Source: a virus
Taxonomy: Duplodnaviria > Caudoviricetes
Direction: 5' to 3' (one strand)
IMG/VR virus record: IMGVR_UViG_3300029288_000079
Location: 96,001-160,000 of that record
DNA: 64,000 nt
How positions within the stretch are numbered: position 1 is the first letter of the stretch; each line of letters starts with the position of its first letter. Under the pieces are notes generated by a model. The model had not been told where the DNA came from, did no database searches, and saw nothing but the letters and a program-made list of their open reading frames with translations. Shown here in pieces: positions 9,930 through 18,879 of this stretch. A program made the translations under genes and the position numbers.

Positions 9930-9958
9930 AAAAAAGACGCTTTTCAGCGTCTTTCTTT
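9930..9958. terminator. Bidirectional terminator between convergent genes
   Basis: AAAGACGCT-TTTC-AGCGTCTTT with A/T tracts on both sides. Confidence 0.75.
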
Positions 9959-9991
9959 ACATATACAATTATTATAGGTATTTTAATTTAA

Positions 9992-10777
9992 TTATTTAGG
10001 TTGTAGAACCCCGCAATCTGGACAAAATTTATGAGATTTCTTAAGTATTTTACCACATTCTACACAAAATATTTCATTCTCTCCCAATAAAAAATTCTTA
10101 TTAGATCTAGATTTATTATCTACAAGTTTTAATGGAGAAATTAATCTCAATTTGAATTCAAGCACATCGTCTTCAAGTTCTCCTATAGTAGTAAAACTAA
10201 AGGCTTGATTAGACTCTGATCCTTTAACAGTAGCACCTAGTTGTGAAGGATCTATAGAGGATTTTAAAGAATCTGAATTATTAGTTAATGTAATACTAGA
10301 ATTTGAAAAACACGTAGATATAATCTGATGATTAGGTATTGGGTCCCCTGTATTATTATAAGGCCATACAAATGGATTTACTTTAGGTCTTATCCATATA
10401 GGCTGATAAGGCCATACTGTTATTGGAATAACATTTTTTTCAAATTGTACTGTTATTACAATATTTCCATTCTGGGAATCCCCCGGATCTTCAACACCTG
10501 CATCATTTAATGATACAAATTTAAAATGCTTACCTTTCAGTAAATCCTCTCCTATAAGAAATCTTTCAAGATCCAATTTACTATCAGCCATTAAAACAAT
10601 ATTCGCTGCATCTTTACCATCAATTTTAATGCCTACGATAGCACGTTTGCCTCGATGTTTGTTTTGCAAAGATATGAAATATTCGGAATCGAAGGGGAGT
10701 GTAACCACTCCTCCATGTTCCTGTAATGGATTGCGTTTTGCGTCTTTAATGCAGACACAGAAGTTGTTCTTGTACAT
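9992..10777 (-). CDS. Hypothetical protein with C-terminal zinc ribbon
   Basis: CVECG...FCPDCG; start MYKNNF with AAGGAG RBS. Confidence 0.7.
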   Translation of the reverse strand: MYKNNFCVCIKDAKRNPLQEHGGVVTLPFDSEYFISLQNKHRGKRAIVGIKIDGKDAANIVLMADSKLDLERFLIGEDLLKGKHFKFVSLNDAGVEDPGDSQNGNIVITVQFEKNVIPITVWPYQPIWIRPKVNPFVWPYNNTGDPIPNHQIISTCFSNSSITLTNNSDSLKSSIDPSQLGATVKGSESNQAFSFTTIGELEDDVLEFKLRLISPLKLVDNKSRSNKNFLLGENEIFCVECGKILKKSHKFCPDCGVLQPK

Positions 10778-10876
10778 ATTAAGTCTCCTTTGAATATTTT
10801 TAGACCTCAACCAAGGGTCTGATTTAAAGTTGTTGTAACCTATTTTTAGATCCGGGTCAGGATCGGTTGGAAACTT

Positions 10877-13249
10877 TTACATCTGATTATCTAAAAATTC
10901 TTTTTCGTCTTCTTTTAAATCTCCAATAAATATATGTTCATATTCATAAGGACCTTTACCTATAGCTTTTTCTACATATAAAACAGCTCCTATTAAACTA
11001 TCAAACCCCATACCTCTATCTAATGACCCATCACCAAGCATCTCATTTGCTTTTTGTAATAATGCCTCTATAGATTCATATCCTGTTAATGATTTTGTAG
11101 GATATGCACCCTTTCCTCCACCCCATAAATATCCCAATACAAGTCCTTCTGCATTATATTCTACTTTAGGTATATCCCATGATTGTTTAAACTGTACAAT
11201 TTTAAAATCACCAATAGTATAAACCCAAGCTTCATCTAATATGTAAACTATTGAATCAGAATTATTCATGTAATCATGCCACATTTCACCAGGTAATATT
11301 TTAGCTGTAACAACACCCTTCACACATGTAGTTGAATTTACATTATTGTCTGAATTATACATCCCACGTCTTAAATGTGGATGCATATTAGTATTTATAA
11401 CTTTTACGGGACCAACATAGGCTTCTATAGTATCTCCTACTTCAGGTCCTTCAGGAGATATATCCCAACTTAATTTATTACTTGAATTTTCTTTTATAAT
11501 AGCTTCAATTAATTCTACAGCTTTATATGTAATTCCACTTATGTTCCATTCATTAATGTCTTCTAATGCAATACCACTCTCACCTAAATAACCCTTTCCA
11601 ATTTCCCAATCATGAATACAAGCTACGACAGTAATAAATTCATCTTCTGGATCTTCAATATGAACTTCCCATTCTACTGTCTCTTCCATATAAGGTTCCC
11701 AAGTAGGCCTACCAAATATTCTAAGCATTGTATTATAATCGCATACTATTCCCCCTACTTTATGCATACCACTAGGATTACTAATTTCATCCGGAGCTAC
11801 TGTTTTAAATTTTATCTTATCTTTTGGCAAATCCCAACTAAATTTTAAACTGGATTCTGCAGATAAATATTGTAACATTTTATTAATCTTATTTACTTTT
11901 TCAGTATTTCCCTCAGCTTTAGCTTTATTTAGGTCATCTAAATATTCATCTATTAATTCTTTACGATTTTGTTCTACATTTTCTTTAGAAAGATTACTAT
12001 CAAATTTTAAATCATTAGAATTAAGATTTGATTCTTCTTTAGGGGCATCTGTATTTTTTAATACATTTTTAAATGGATTATTCTTCTTTAAAATTCCAGA
12101 TTTCTCTACTTTTTTTGCTTCATAAATAATATTTTCAATCCCTTTCCAATAAACAGAATTAGTTTCTGGAAGGCCTACAAATTTTACTTTTTCTATTAAT
12201 TTAGAGGGATCAGGATCCCAGCAGTATCCCAAATTACCTCCCATAGGTCCTATTTTTTCACCATTACAGTATGCTTTATAACAATCCATAGCTTTTTCTA
12301 TAGATCCATTACCCCAAACAATATCAAAATCATTATACTTGGGATTTATTTTTGTAAGAGAGAATTCAAACCCTACAATTGGTAAACAAACTCCATACCC
12401 ATTTTTTTTAAAATTTCCAATACCTTTAACTAGCCATCCTGCATAACTAAGATGACTCTCATCACTAGGTTTAAAATTCTTAAAATCATAATCCCCAAAC
12501 ATATTCAATATGTCATTATTATCCCAAGCCTTCTTTTTAAATAATTCAGATATCACCATTTCATTAGTCTTAATTATTAAGGGATCATCATCCAAACTTA
12601 TTTCTCTGAATTCGTCATCTGAAGATAATTTTTCTCCATTTTCATATATTAAAGTTAATGGCCAAGACTCGTCTGAAAACCCACAACCACTCCAGATCCA
12701 ATTGTTAAATCTGCAATCAATAATATCTCTCCATTTAGCATCACCATATATTACTTCTGGACCAAATGAAAACATCATACCTATGTGCAAATAAATATTA
12801 TCAGCATCTATTTTACTAGATTTCCAAACTTGATAAGGTTTACATAAAGATTTAAAATCCTCAAAATTAGAAGCTATAACTTGCATAGATATATCCCAAG
12901 ATTTCTTCTCATCCTCAATAATACCTACATATTCCAAAAGATTAAAATCCTTAGGACTAAATAAACATCTTGTAAGTTGACCACCATCTATAATCTTTCT
13001 ATTAGCTTTAGGATTTAGTTTTAACCATTCAAATTTTTCTTTAGCCATATCAGGACTATCTGACCACATAGACCAAACTCGAACATCACCATTTTCAGAT
13101 GTTACTAAAGATATAACTCCATACTTATAACCCATACCCGTCCTAACAGTTGTATCATCTACCAACCATCCTATATAGCTATCAGGATCATAATCAACAG
13201 GTAACGCTGGTCCTATATCCCAACTCAATATGTTATTTTGCACTTGCAT
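10877..13249 (-). CDS. WDI-motif modular polyprotein (6 motifs)
   Basis: ILSWDI, KKSWDI, KKAWDN, KFSWDL, KLSWDI and KQSWDI separate IGW-type, PGQVW-type, SH3-like and other modules. Confidence 0.75.
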   Translation of the reverse strand: MQVQNNILSWDIGPALPVDYDPDSYIGWLVDDTTVRTGMGYKYGVISLVTSENGDVRVWSMWSDSPDMAKEKFEWLKLNPKANRKIIDGGQLTRCLFSPKDFNLLEYVGIIEDEKKSWDISMQVIASNFEDFKSLCKPYQVWKSSKIDADNIYLHIGMMFSFGPEVIYGDAKWRDIIDCRFNNWIWSGCGFSDESWPLTLIYENGEKLSSDDEFREISLDDDPLIIKTNEMVISELFKKKAWDNNDILNMFGDYDFKNFKPSDESHLSYAGWLVKGIGNFKKNGYGVCLPIVGFEFSLTKINPKYNDFDIVWGNGSIEKAMDCYKAYCNGEKIGPMGGNLGYCWDPDPSKLIEKVKFVGLPETNSVYWKGIENIIYEAKKVEKSGILKKNNPFKNVLKNTDAPKEESNLNSNDLKFDSNLSKENVEQNRKELIDEYLDDLNKAKAEGNTEKVNKINKMLQYLSAESSLKFSWDLPKDKIKFKTVAPDEISNPSGMHKVGGIVCDYNTMLRIFGRPTWEPYMEETVEWEVHIEDPEDEFITVVACIHDWEIGKGYLGESGIALEDINEWNISGITYKAVELIEAIIKENSSNKLSWDISPEGPEVGDTIEAYVGPVKVINTNMHPHLRRGMYNSDNNVNSTTCVKGVVTAKILPGEMWHDYMNNSDSIVYILDEAWVYTIGDFKIVQFKQSWDIPKVEYNAEGLVLGYLWGGGKGAYPTKSLTGYESIEALLQKANEMLGDGSLDRGMGFDSLIGAVLYVEKAIGKGPYEYEHIFIGDLKEDEKEFLDNQM

Positions 13250-14186
13250 ATAGCTCTAACTTCGTCTGCCAAACACCTTGAGGAATTAATTCACGCCATT
13301 CATGACCCTGCTTAGCAATCTTCTGAAATTCAATCTCATCATTACCTTTCATTATTCGAATACCTGCATGAGTAACACATTCCCTACCCTCTAGTCTATA
13401 ATCACCTTTTTGATCTATTAACCAAGTAGTAGGTTCAATGGAAGTTGTAGTGCTAAGAGCTGGCTGAGGTTGATTTTTTTGATTATACTCTTTTTCATGA
13501 TTAAACTCACCAAAAGCCCAATCTTCAAATACTAAAGGTTCCTCATTACTAAGATGTTCTCTATCCATATATGTATGATATTCCTGTAAGAATTCTTGAT
13601 CTTTTGATTTTGCAGCAAGCCATGTTTTGAATTCCGGATTACTCTCATAAAAAGCCTTACGTTCAGAAGCACTTTTTTCAGAAATTTTCTTTTCAGGTTC
13701 TGTAGGTTCTATAGGCTGAACTTCAGGAGATATAGGAGCAGACACCTGACCTTGCTGGACACCTTGCTGGACACCTTGTCCAGGTAAAGGTGTAGTAATA
13801 TCTATCTGTAAAGATCCATCAGGCTTTGTCTTTACACTTGTATCAGCTTTTTTAGTTAAAAAAGTATATCTCCAATCAGGAATATTTGATGCTTTCTGAA
13901 AGAATCTACTAGCTGATCTACTACGTAAGCTTTCAAAGCGTTCCCGCCTTGTCTTCCCATCCATTAGGGGTGAGTTCTTATCCACAGAAATCTCCTTTTT
14001 AGAGTCAGACCTTTGCAATCCATTACCTTCTTTCCAGGCTGACTGTTCTTTATTTACAGGATTTCCAGAGCTAGGAAACTTGTCTCCTGTAAATGTTGCA
14101 TTATTTGGGATCTGTTTTCCATCAGGTATTTTATATACCCCAGGTTTTTGATCTTCCTTAGTTGAGAATATTTTTCTCCAGTTCAT
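13233..14186 (-). CDS. Putative internal head protein
   Basis: MNWRKIF start; shares FTGDKFP..NP....AW..G with the scaffold; K-x-A/S motifs; AAGGAG RBS. Confidence 0.55.
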   Translation of the reverse strand: MNWRKIFSTKEDQKPGVYKIPDGKQIPNNATFTGDKFPSSGNPVNKEQSAWKEGNGLQRSDSKKEISVDKNSPLMDGKTRRERFESLRSRSASRFFQKASNIPDWRYTFLTKKADTSVKTKPDGSLQIDITTPLPGQGVQQGVQQGQVSAPISPEVQPIEPTEPEKKISEKSASERKAFYESNPEFKTWLAAKSKDQEFLQEYHTYMDREHLSNEEPLVFEDWAFGEFNHEKEYNQKNQPQPALSTTTSIEPTTWLIDQKGDYRLEGRECVTHAGIRIMKGNDEIEFQKIAKQGHEWRELIPQGVWQTKLELYASAK

Positions 14187-14201
14187 TTTGAATCTCCTTA
14201 T

Positions 14202-16196
14202 TTATATTTTAATTATTGCTTCTTTTGCCTTACTTACAGGTATTGATATTACTTTCGGAGTAGCATTTGTGTAATTCACATCTTTATGTATAATTGATAT
14301 TACAATCTCTCCATCCTCCCAAACCTTAGGCCAACCAGGATGCTTTTCATAATCAGTTCTAATTATTTCTAATATTCTTTTATCACTATTATAAAAATCT
14401 TTGTTGCCTACATTATCACAATACCAACTGAATACTATCCAACTTTTTATTTTAACCTTATCTCCCACCTCAAATTCATCTATTTCTGGTATATCCCATG
14501 AATTAATTAAAGGTGAATCCTTTACAAATATTAAAGGAAAATCAGTCTCTCCAAAATTGTATATACCTTTAACATTCCAACTAATAGGATATGTTATTTT
14601 TGGTTCATCATAAAACCACATAATAGAATAAATAAAAACTGTATTGAAATTCGATATCTCATATCTATATGCATTACCTAGTATAAAATAAAAATATTTA
14701 GCCTTTATACTATCAAAAGTTTTCCATACCTGTCTTGGGCCAGCTATACTTATAAAATCTTCTATTGTATCTGCTTGATAACCTGAATTTAATATAGGTT
14801 TAATATCCCATTCTTCAGAAAATCTCAAACTACTAGTAGTTTCTTGTGTATATTCCCATATATCTTCTTGAGCTTTAGCTAGTAAACTATCAAAATCAAT
14901 ATTCTTATTAGTTCGTTTAGCAGCTTGTCTTGCATATTTTATAGCATTAGCAGCAAAAAAAGCAGCAGCATTATCAGAAAAAAAAGCAGCAGCATTATCA
15001 GCATAATAAGCAGTAGCATAAGCAGCATAATAAGCAGTAGCATTAGCAGCATAAGCAGCAGTAGCAGCATAACCAGCAGCAGCATTAGCAGCAGAATAAG
15101 CAGAATAAACTTTATCTCTATTTTCTTTACTAGGATTCTTAAAACAAGTTTTTGCTGCTTCTATACATTTTCTAACTCTATCATCATTAGGATATTGCTC
15201 TTCATAAATACTTAATACAGCTTCTGCACAGTATATAGCATAAAGTAAATTTACTTTTTTAGGATCTACTTCTATAGGTTTAATGTCCCAGGATATCAAG
15301 TCCTTTTGAAAAATATCCTGCACCTGCCATTTATCGGGTGGACCGATACCACCAAATATCCACACTACAGCTTCTTTATTAAGAATATTGTTTTGTAATA
15401 ATTCAAATATGCAATCCACAAATTGTTGATTGTCTTGTATATCTTGAATAGCTACTTCATTTTTATTATGACTAACTCTTCCCAACATACTAACATGGTA
15501 TACCTCGGGACCTATACTTTCTCTAAGATCTGAATGAGTTTGTTTTGAGTCTCCTATTATAAGCTTACCATTATTATATAAAAAAGGTCGTCCTGCGCCA
15601 GTCTCAACATCGAATCCAGAATAGCTTGAAACTTTTCTATGTCTTTTATATCTATCTTTCACTTGTATATTAGGATCATATCCATCATGGTCTACTAAAC
15701 CTCTTCTTACATAATCCTCATCACAATCAGTATGATAAAATACTGTATCTATTTTTTCACCATTTAGATATACATCCCAAGTACCTGAATGCTCAGGTTT
15801 CTTAGGCTCTATATCCCATGATCTCTTTTTGGGACCACTAAAATTTAAATAATCTTTCGCAGATTCTATTATATCTTTTGAAACATTATCTATACTTCCT
15901 ATATGTGTACCTAAATAAATTGCCTTAGAAAAGGTTTTATTTTGTTCTGAAATATTTTTATTAGCATAAGTAGAGCTAAATCCTTTCCAGTTACCATTAT
16001 AACCACAATAAATGTAATCTCCTAATAATTTATTATCAATATGTTTAAAATTTCCTAATATATATAAATTATTTGCTACATTTTCATATAAGTAAACATC
16101 ATCATCTTTTATAGAATTTACAAACTCTTCAAAAGAGTCTATCCATGATATATCAGGAATATCCCAACTTAAAGATTTAATTTCTATAGGTTCCAT
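14202..16196 (-). CDS. WDI-motif modular polyprotein (5 motifs) with Imm5-like cassette
   Basis: SLSWDI, KRSWDI, LISWDI, EEWDI, INSWDI. Confidence 0.75.
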   Translation of the reverse strand: MEPIEIKSLSWDIPDISWIDSFEEFVNSIKDDDVYLYENVANNLYILGNFKHIDNKLLGDYIYCGYNGNWKGFSSTYANKNISEQNKTFSKAIYLGTHIGSIDNVSKDIIESAKDYLNFSGPKKRSWDIEPKKPEHSGTWDVYLNGEKIDTVFYHTDCDEDYVRRGLVDHDGYDPNIQVKDRYKRHRKVSSYSGFDVETGAGRPFLYNNGKLIIGDSKQTHSDLRESIGPEVYHVSMLGRVSHNKNEVAIQDIQDNQQFVDCIFELLQNNILNKEAVVWIFGGIGPPDKWQVQDIFQKDLISWDIKPIEVDPKKVNLLYAIYCAEAVLSIYEEQYPNDDRVRKCIEAAKTCFKNPSKENRDKVYSAYSAANAAAGYAATAAYAANATAYYAAYATAYYADNAAAFFSDNAAAFFAANAIKYARQAAKRTNKNIDFDSLLAKAQEDIWEYTQETTSSLRFSEEWDIKPILNSGYQADTIEDFISIAGPRQVWKTFDSIKAKYFYFILGNAYRYEISNFNTVFIYSIMWFYDEPKITYPISWNVKGIYNFGETDFPLIFVKDSPLINSWDIPEIDEFEVGDKVKIKSWIVFSWYCDNVGNKDFYNSDKRILEIIRTDYEKHPGWPKVWEDGEIVISIIHKDVNYTNATPKVISIPVSKAKEAIIKI
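14808..15293 (-). repeat. Imm5-like cassette copy 1 (486 nt, matches 30660..31145)
   Basis: Same sequence at an offset of 15852; the antisense ORFs 14925..15215 and 30777..31067 have identical translations. Confidence 0.9.
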
Positions 16197-16230
16197 ACAG
16201 TATATTTAGCCAATTTCTATATAAAAACAA

Positions 16231-16458
16231 CTATTTGTCTATATCTTCTCTAGTCACATGGAGCCACTTCGCTACTATATCAAAACTATCTATGCCAATA
16301 TCAAATCCATCTTTACAATAGTCATATTCTGCACCAGGTTCATACTTTAGAAAGAACTCATCCTTGTGGACACAGATACAATTATCACATTGAAACCAAC
16401 CATCAGGCACATATATCCACGTGGCCATTTTACCACAACTACAGAGTTCTTTTTCCAT
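16231..16458 (-). CDS. Small Cys-rich hypothetical protein
   Basis: CSCGKMATW...CDNC zinc-binding pattern. Confidence 0.55.
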   Translation of the reverse strand: MEKELCSCGKMATWIYVPDGWFQCDNCICVHKDEFFLKYEPGAEYDYCKDGFDIGIDSFDIVAKWLHVTREDIDK

Positions 16459-16478
16459 TTAACTAACTTTATCCATTT

Positions 16479-16526
16479 AAATAATATCCTATTCGAATTC
16501 AAATAATATCCTATTCGAATTCAAAT
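16479..16526. repeat. 22-bp tandem duplication
   Basis: aaataatatcctattcgaattc twice, spanning the stop codon of 16511..16855. Confidence 0.85.
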
Positions 16527-16855
16527 TCTAATCCATTAGATTCTATACCATGAGCTTCTGCAGGAGGTAATGTCAAAACTTCTGCAGATCCTGGGTACTT
16601 CATATTTAAACGTTTAGCTAATTTTTGTACAGTCTCGGTATCATTTAGAGGCCATAATAATAAACTCTTGTCATCGTAATCAAATCTTAAATCTTCCCAC
16701 TGTAAACTACAAAACCTTTTAAGATTCTGAGGTAAGGCGGAAGCTTTTAAAGATACATAATCTACAGGAGTTTCTAGATCACCTTGATGTGTTAATATAA
16801 GAATTCTACGCCAATTAGTTCCAAATTCTAATCCATTTTCCTGTTCTTGCCCCAT
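16511..16855 (-). CDS. Hypothetical protein with NGLEF at both termini
   Basis: ENGLEFGTNWRRIL at the start and SNGLEFEFE at the end; AGGTGA RBS. Confidence 0.55.
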   Translation of the reverse strand: MGQEQENGLEFGTNWRRILILTHQGDLETPVDYVSLKASALPQNLKRFCSLQWEDLRFDYDDKSLLLWPLNDTETVQKLAKRLNMKYPGSAEVLTLPPAEAHGIESNGLEFEFE

Positions 16856-16862
16856 ATATCAC

Positions 16863-18212
16863 CTATATATTAGCTGAGAAATGCCCCGAGTAACCTTTTT
16901 CTTTTGACCACAAGTAACCTTCTGCAGCTCTAGTACTCTTTACATAACCTTTCTTAAAATGCCAAGAGTCAGTACCTGAAAGACTTGGTAGAGTCCTTAC
17001 TGTTACAGATCCATAACTATCATCCATACCGTAAGCCATTCTTTTCCTAGTATGCGTATGTCCAATATGCCACTCCTTACTTATACAATCCGCCCATGCT
17101 TCTGAAGCCTCATCAGCCATTAATGTAGGTAACATGCTATGTTTCTCATCATCTCCATGAGTAAATCCTATAAGACATCTCCCGTAATGAACATACTTTC
17201 TTGGAGAGGGAGATACATCTACGATAACATTATTTACACCCTTATACCAAGCCGCTAACTCTCTTACTAGGTGATATGAAGATGTTCGATCATGATTTCC
17301 TGGAACCCATAGAATATCTACTGGTGCAATAGCTCTTAAATAATCAATAGCATTTACACAAGCCAAAACTCCTTTAGCAAATATTTTAGGATACCTAGAA
17401 TCAACGTCTTGAGGTGTGTCATTTACAGTAGTATTTCGTGCATTGTCTATATGAAAGAAGTCTTGACCCACAGGAAATAGAATCTTTTCTATAGGAAATC
17501 CCTTTGTCTTAGAACAAAGCTCTACTACAGCATCATGATATATTTTTTCAGCTATTTTCATATCGTAGTCAGTACCTGTTTCTTTTCCCCAAGCAAGCTT
17601 TCCAAAGTGAAGATCAAATATACTAATCTCCAGTAGATGTTTATCCTTTACAGGTTTAGGTGTCTGAATTTTAGTATACTTAGGAAAATGTTTCTTTGCT
17701 TCTTTAAGTAATTCATCCAAACCATCAGACACTTTTTTGTCCACTTTTCTTCTAAGCCATACTTTAACTTGCCACAAAGGTTGGGTGAGCCATTCATTCT
17801 TTCTTATAGAATGTCCATCCATAATACCTTTATCCCATTTCAAATTTTGATCTCTATATTTTGCTCCCACCTCCCATTTATTTATAACATATCTATCTAC
17901 TTCCCAAATACCCGTATCTACGTTACCCGCCTTCAGTGCATCTTCCAAAGTTTTTATAGAGTGAGATACTGAAACTAAAGATTTCTGATTATCATTACCC
18001 TCTTCTGTAAAATTCTCTTGTGGCTTCTCAATAATACTCCGTAATTTTTCTGCAAAAGGTTTCTTCAATCTCCTCGCCCTGTGATCTCCACATTTAAACC
18101 TTCCCATCAACTCATCAATTGTTACAGTCGGGTCTTTTTCAATAAATTCTATTATTTCTTTATCCGATGCTGTTTTCACATTTGATTTAGATTCCATCTC
18201 TATACCTTCCAT
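16863..18212 (-). CDS. Calcineurin-like metallophosphoesterase with N-terminal HTH
   Basis: DLHFG, GQDFFH, GNHD, HGD and GHTH motifs. Confidence 0.85.
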   Translation of the reverse strand: MEGIEMESKSNVKTASDKEIIEFIEKDPTVTIDELMGRFKCGDHRARRLKKPFAEKLRSIIEKPQENFTEEGNDNQKSLVSVSHSIKTLEDALKAGNVDTGIWEVDRYVINKWEVGAKYRDQNLKWDKGIMDGHSIRKNEWLTQPLWQVKVWLRRKVDKKVSDGLDELLKEAKKHFPKYTKIQTPKPVKDKHLLEISIFDLHFGKLAWGKETGTDYDMKIAEKIYHDAVVELCSKTKGFPIEKILFPVGQDFFHIDNARNTTVNDTPQDVDSRYPKIFAKGVLACVNAIDYLRAIAPVDILWVPGNHDRTSSYHLVRELAAWYKGVNNVIVDVSPSPRKYVHYGRCLIGFTHGDDEKHSMLPTLMADEASEAWADCISKEWHIGHTHTRKRMAYGMDDSYGSVTVRTLPSLSGTDSWHFKKGYVKSTRAAEGYLWSKEKGYSGHFSANI

Positions 18213-18264
18213 TTAGTTTTAGTTAGAAACGGATCCATTCGCTCCTCCGTTTCAGTTCATATAC

Positions 18265-18498
18265 TTACTGTAATTTTATTGTATTATCCTTTACTGATTG
18301 TAAACATCTTGTAAGAAAGTCTATAGCACATTCTTTTGCTGTTTTATAATAATGTGATGAAACATACTCTGTCCCAGGTATTATCCAATAATAGCTATCT
18401 GAATTATGCCTAATTCGCTCCTCTGATTGATAAATTTCAAAAGAAATTATCCTATTATCTTCCATAAAAGTTTTCCTCCATATACTGTTCTTAATCAT
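18265..18498 (-). CDS. Hypothetical protein
   Basis: 77 aa with GGAAGG RBS and an IWRKTF motif near the start. Confidence 0.5.
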   Translation of the reverse strand: MIKNSIWRKTFMEDNRIISFEIYQSEERIRHNSDSYYWIIPGTEYVSSHYYKTAKECAIDFLTRCLQSVKDNTIKLQ

Positions 18499-18568
18499 AT
18501 ACCTTCCTATATATTTATATACCTTTGTATATAATACTTACTACACAACATTCTTACAACCTACAAAT

Positions 18569-18871
18569 CTATACACTATCTATTAACCAAGAATAGTCAA
18601 ATGAATCAATAAAACTAATATCCATATCAAATCCAAGTAATCTAATTTTAATATGAGGTTGACCAAGTTTAACAGGATCTAAAATGACCACATCCAAATC
18701 TGAATCATTTCTGTAATCCCCAAAAATTCTACTACCAAATAATTTAATATCAGAAACATCATACCCAAATTTTCTAGATATATTATTCTTTATATCTAAA
18801 ATAGACCTCCCATTTAACCCAAGATGTTCAAAATCTTTAGAAACTTTAAATATTTGTCTCCACCTAACCAT
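18569..18871 (-). CDS. Minimal nucleotidyltransferase (Pol-beta superfamily)
   Basis: LFGSR...DSDLDV...DI catalytic motif; likely start MVRWRQIF. Confidence 0.8.
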   Translation of the reverse strand: MVRWRQIFKVSKDFEHLGLNGRSILDIKNNISRKFGYDVSDIKLFGSRIFGDYRNDSDLDVVILDPVKLGQPHIKIRLLGFDMDISFIDSFDYSWLIDSV

Positions 18872-18879
18872 AGTATACC

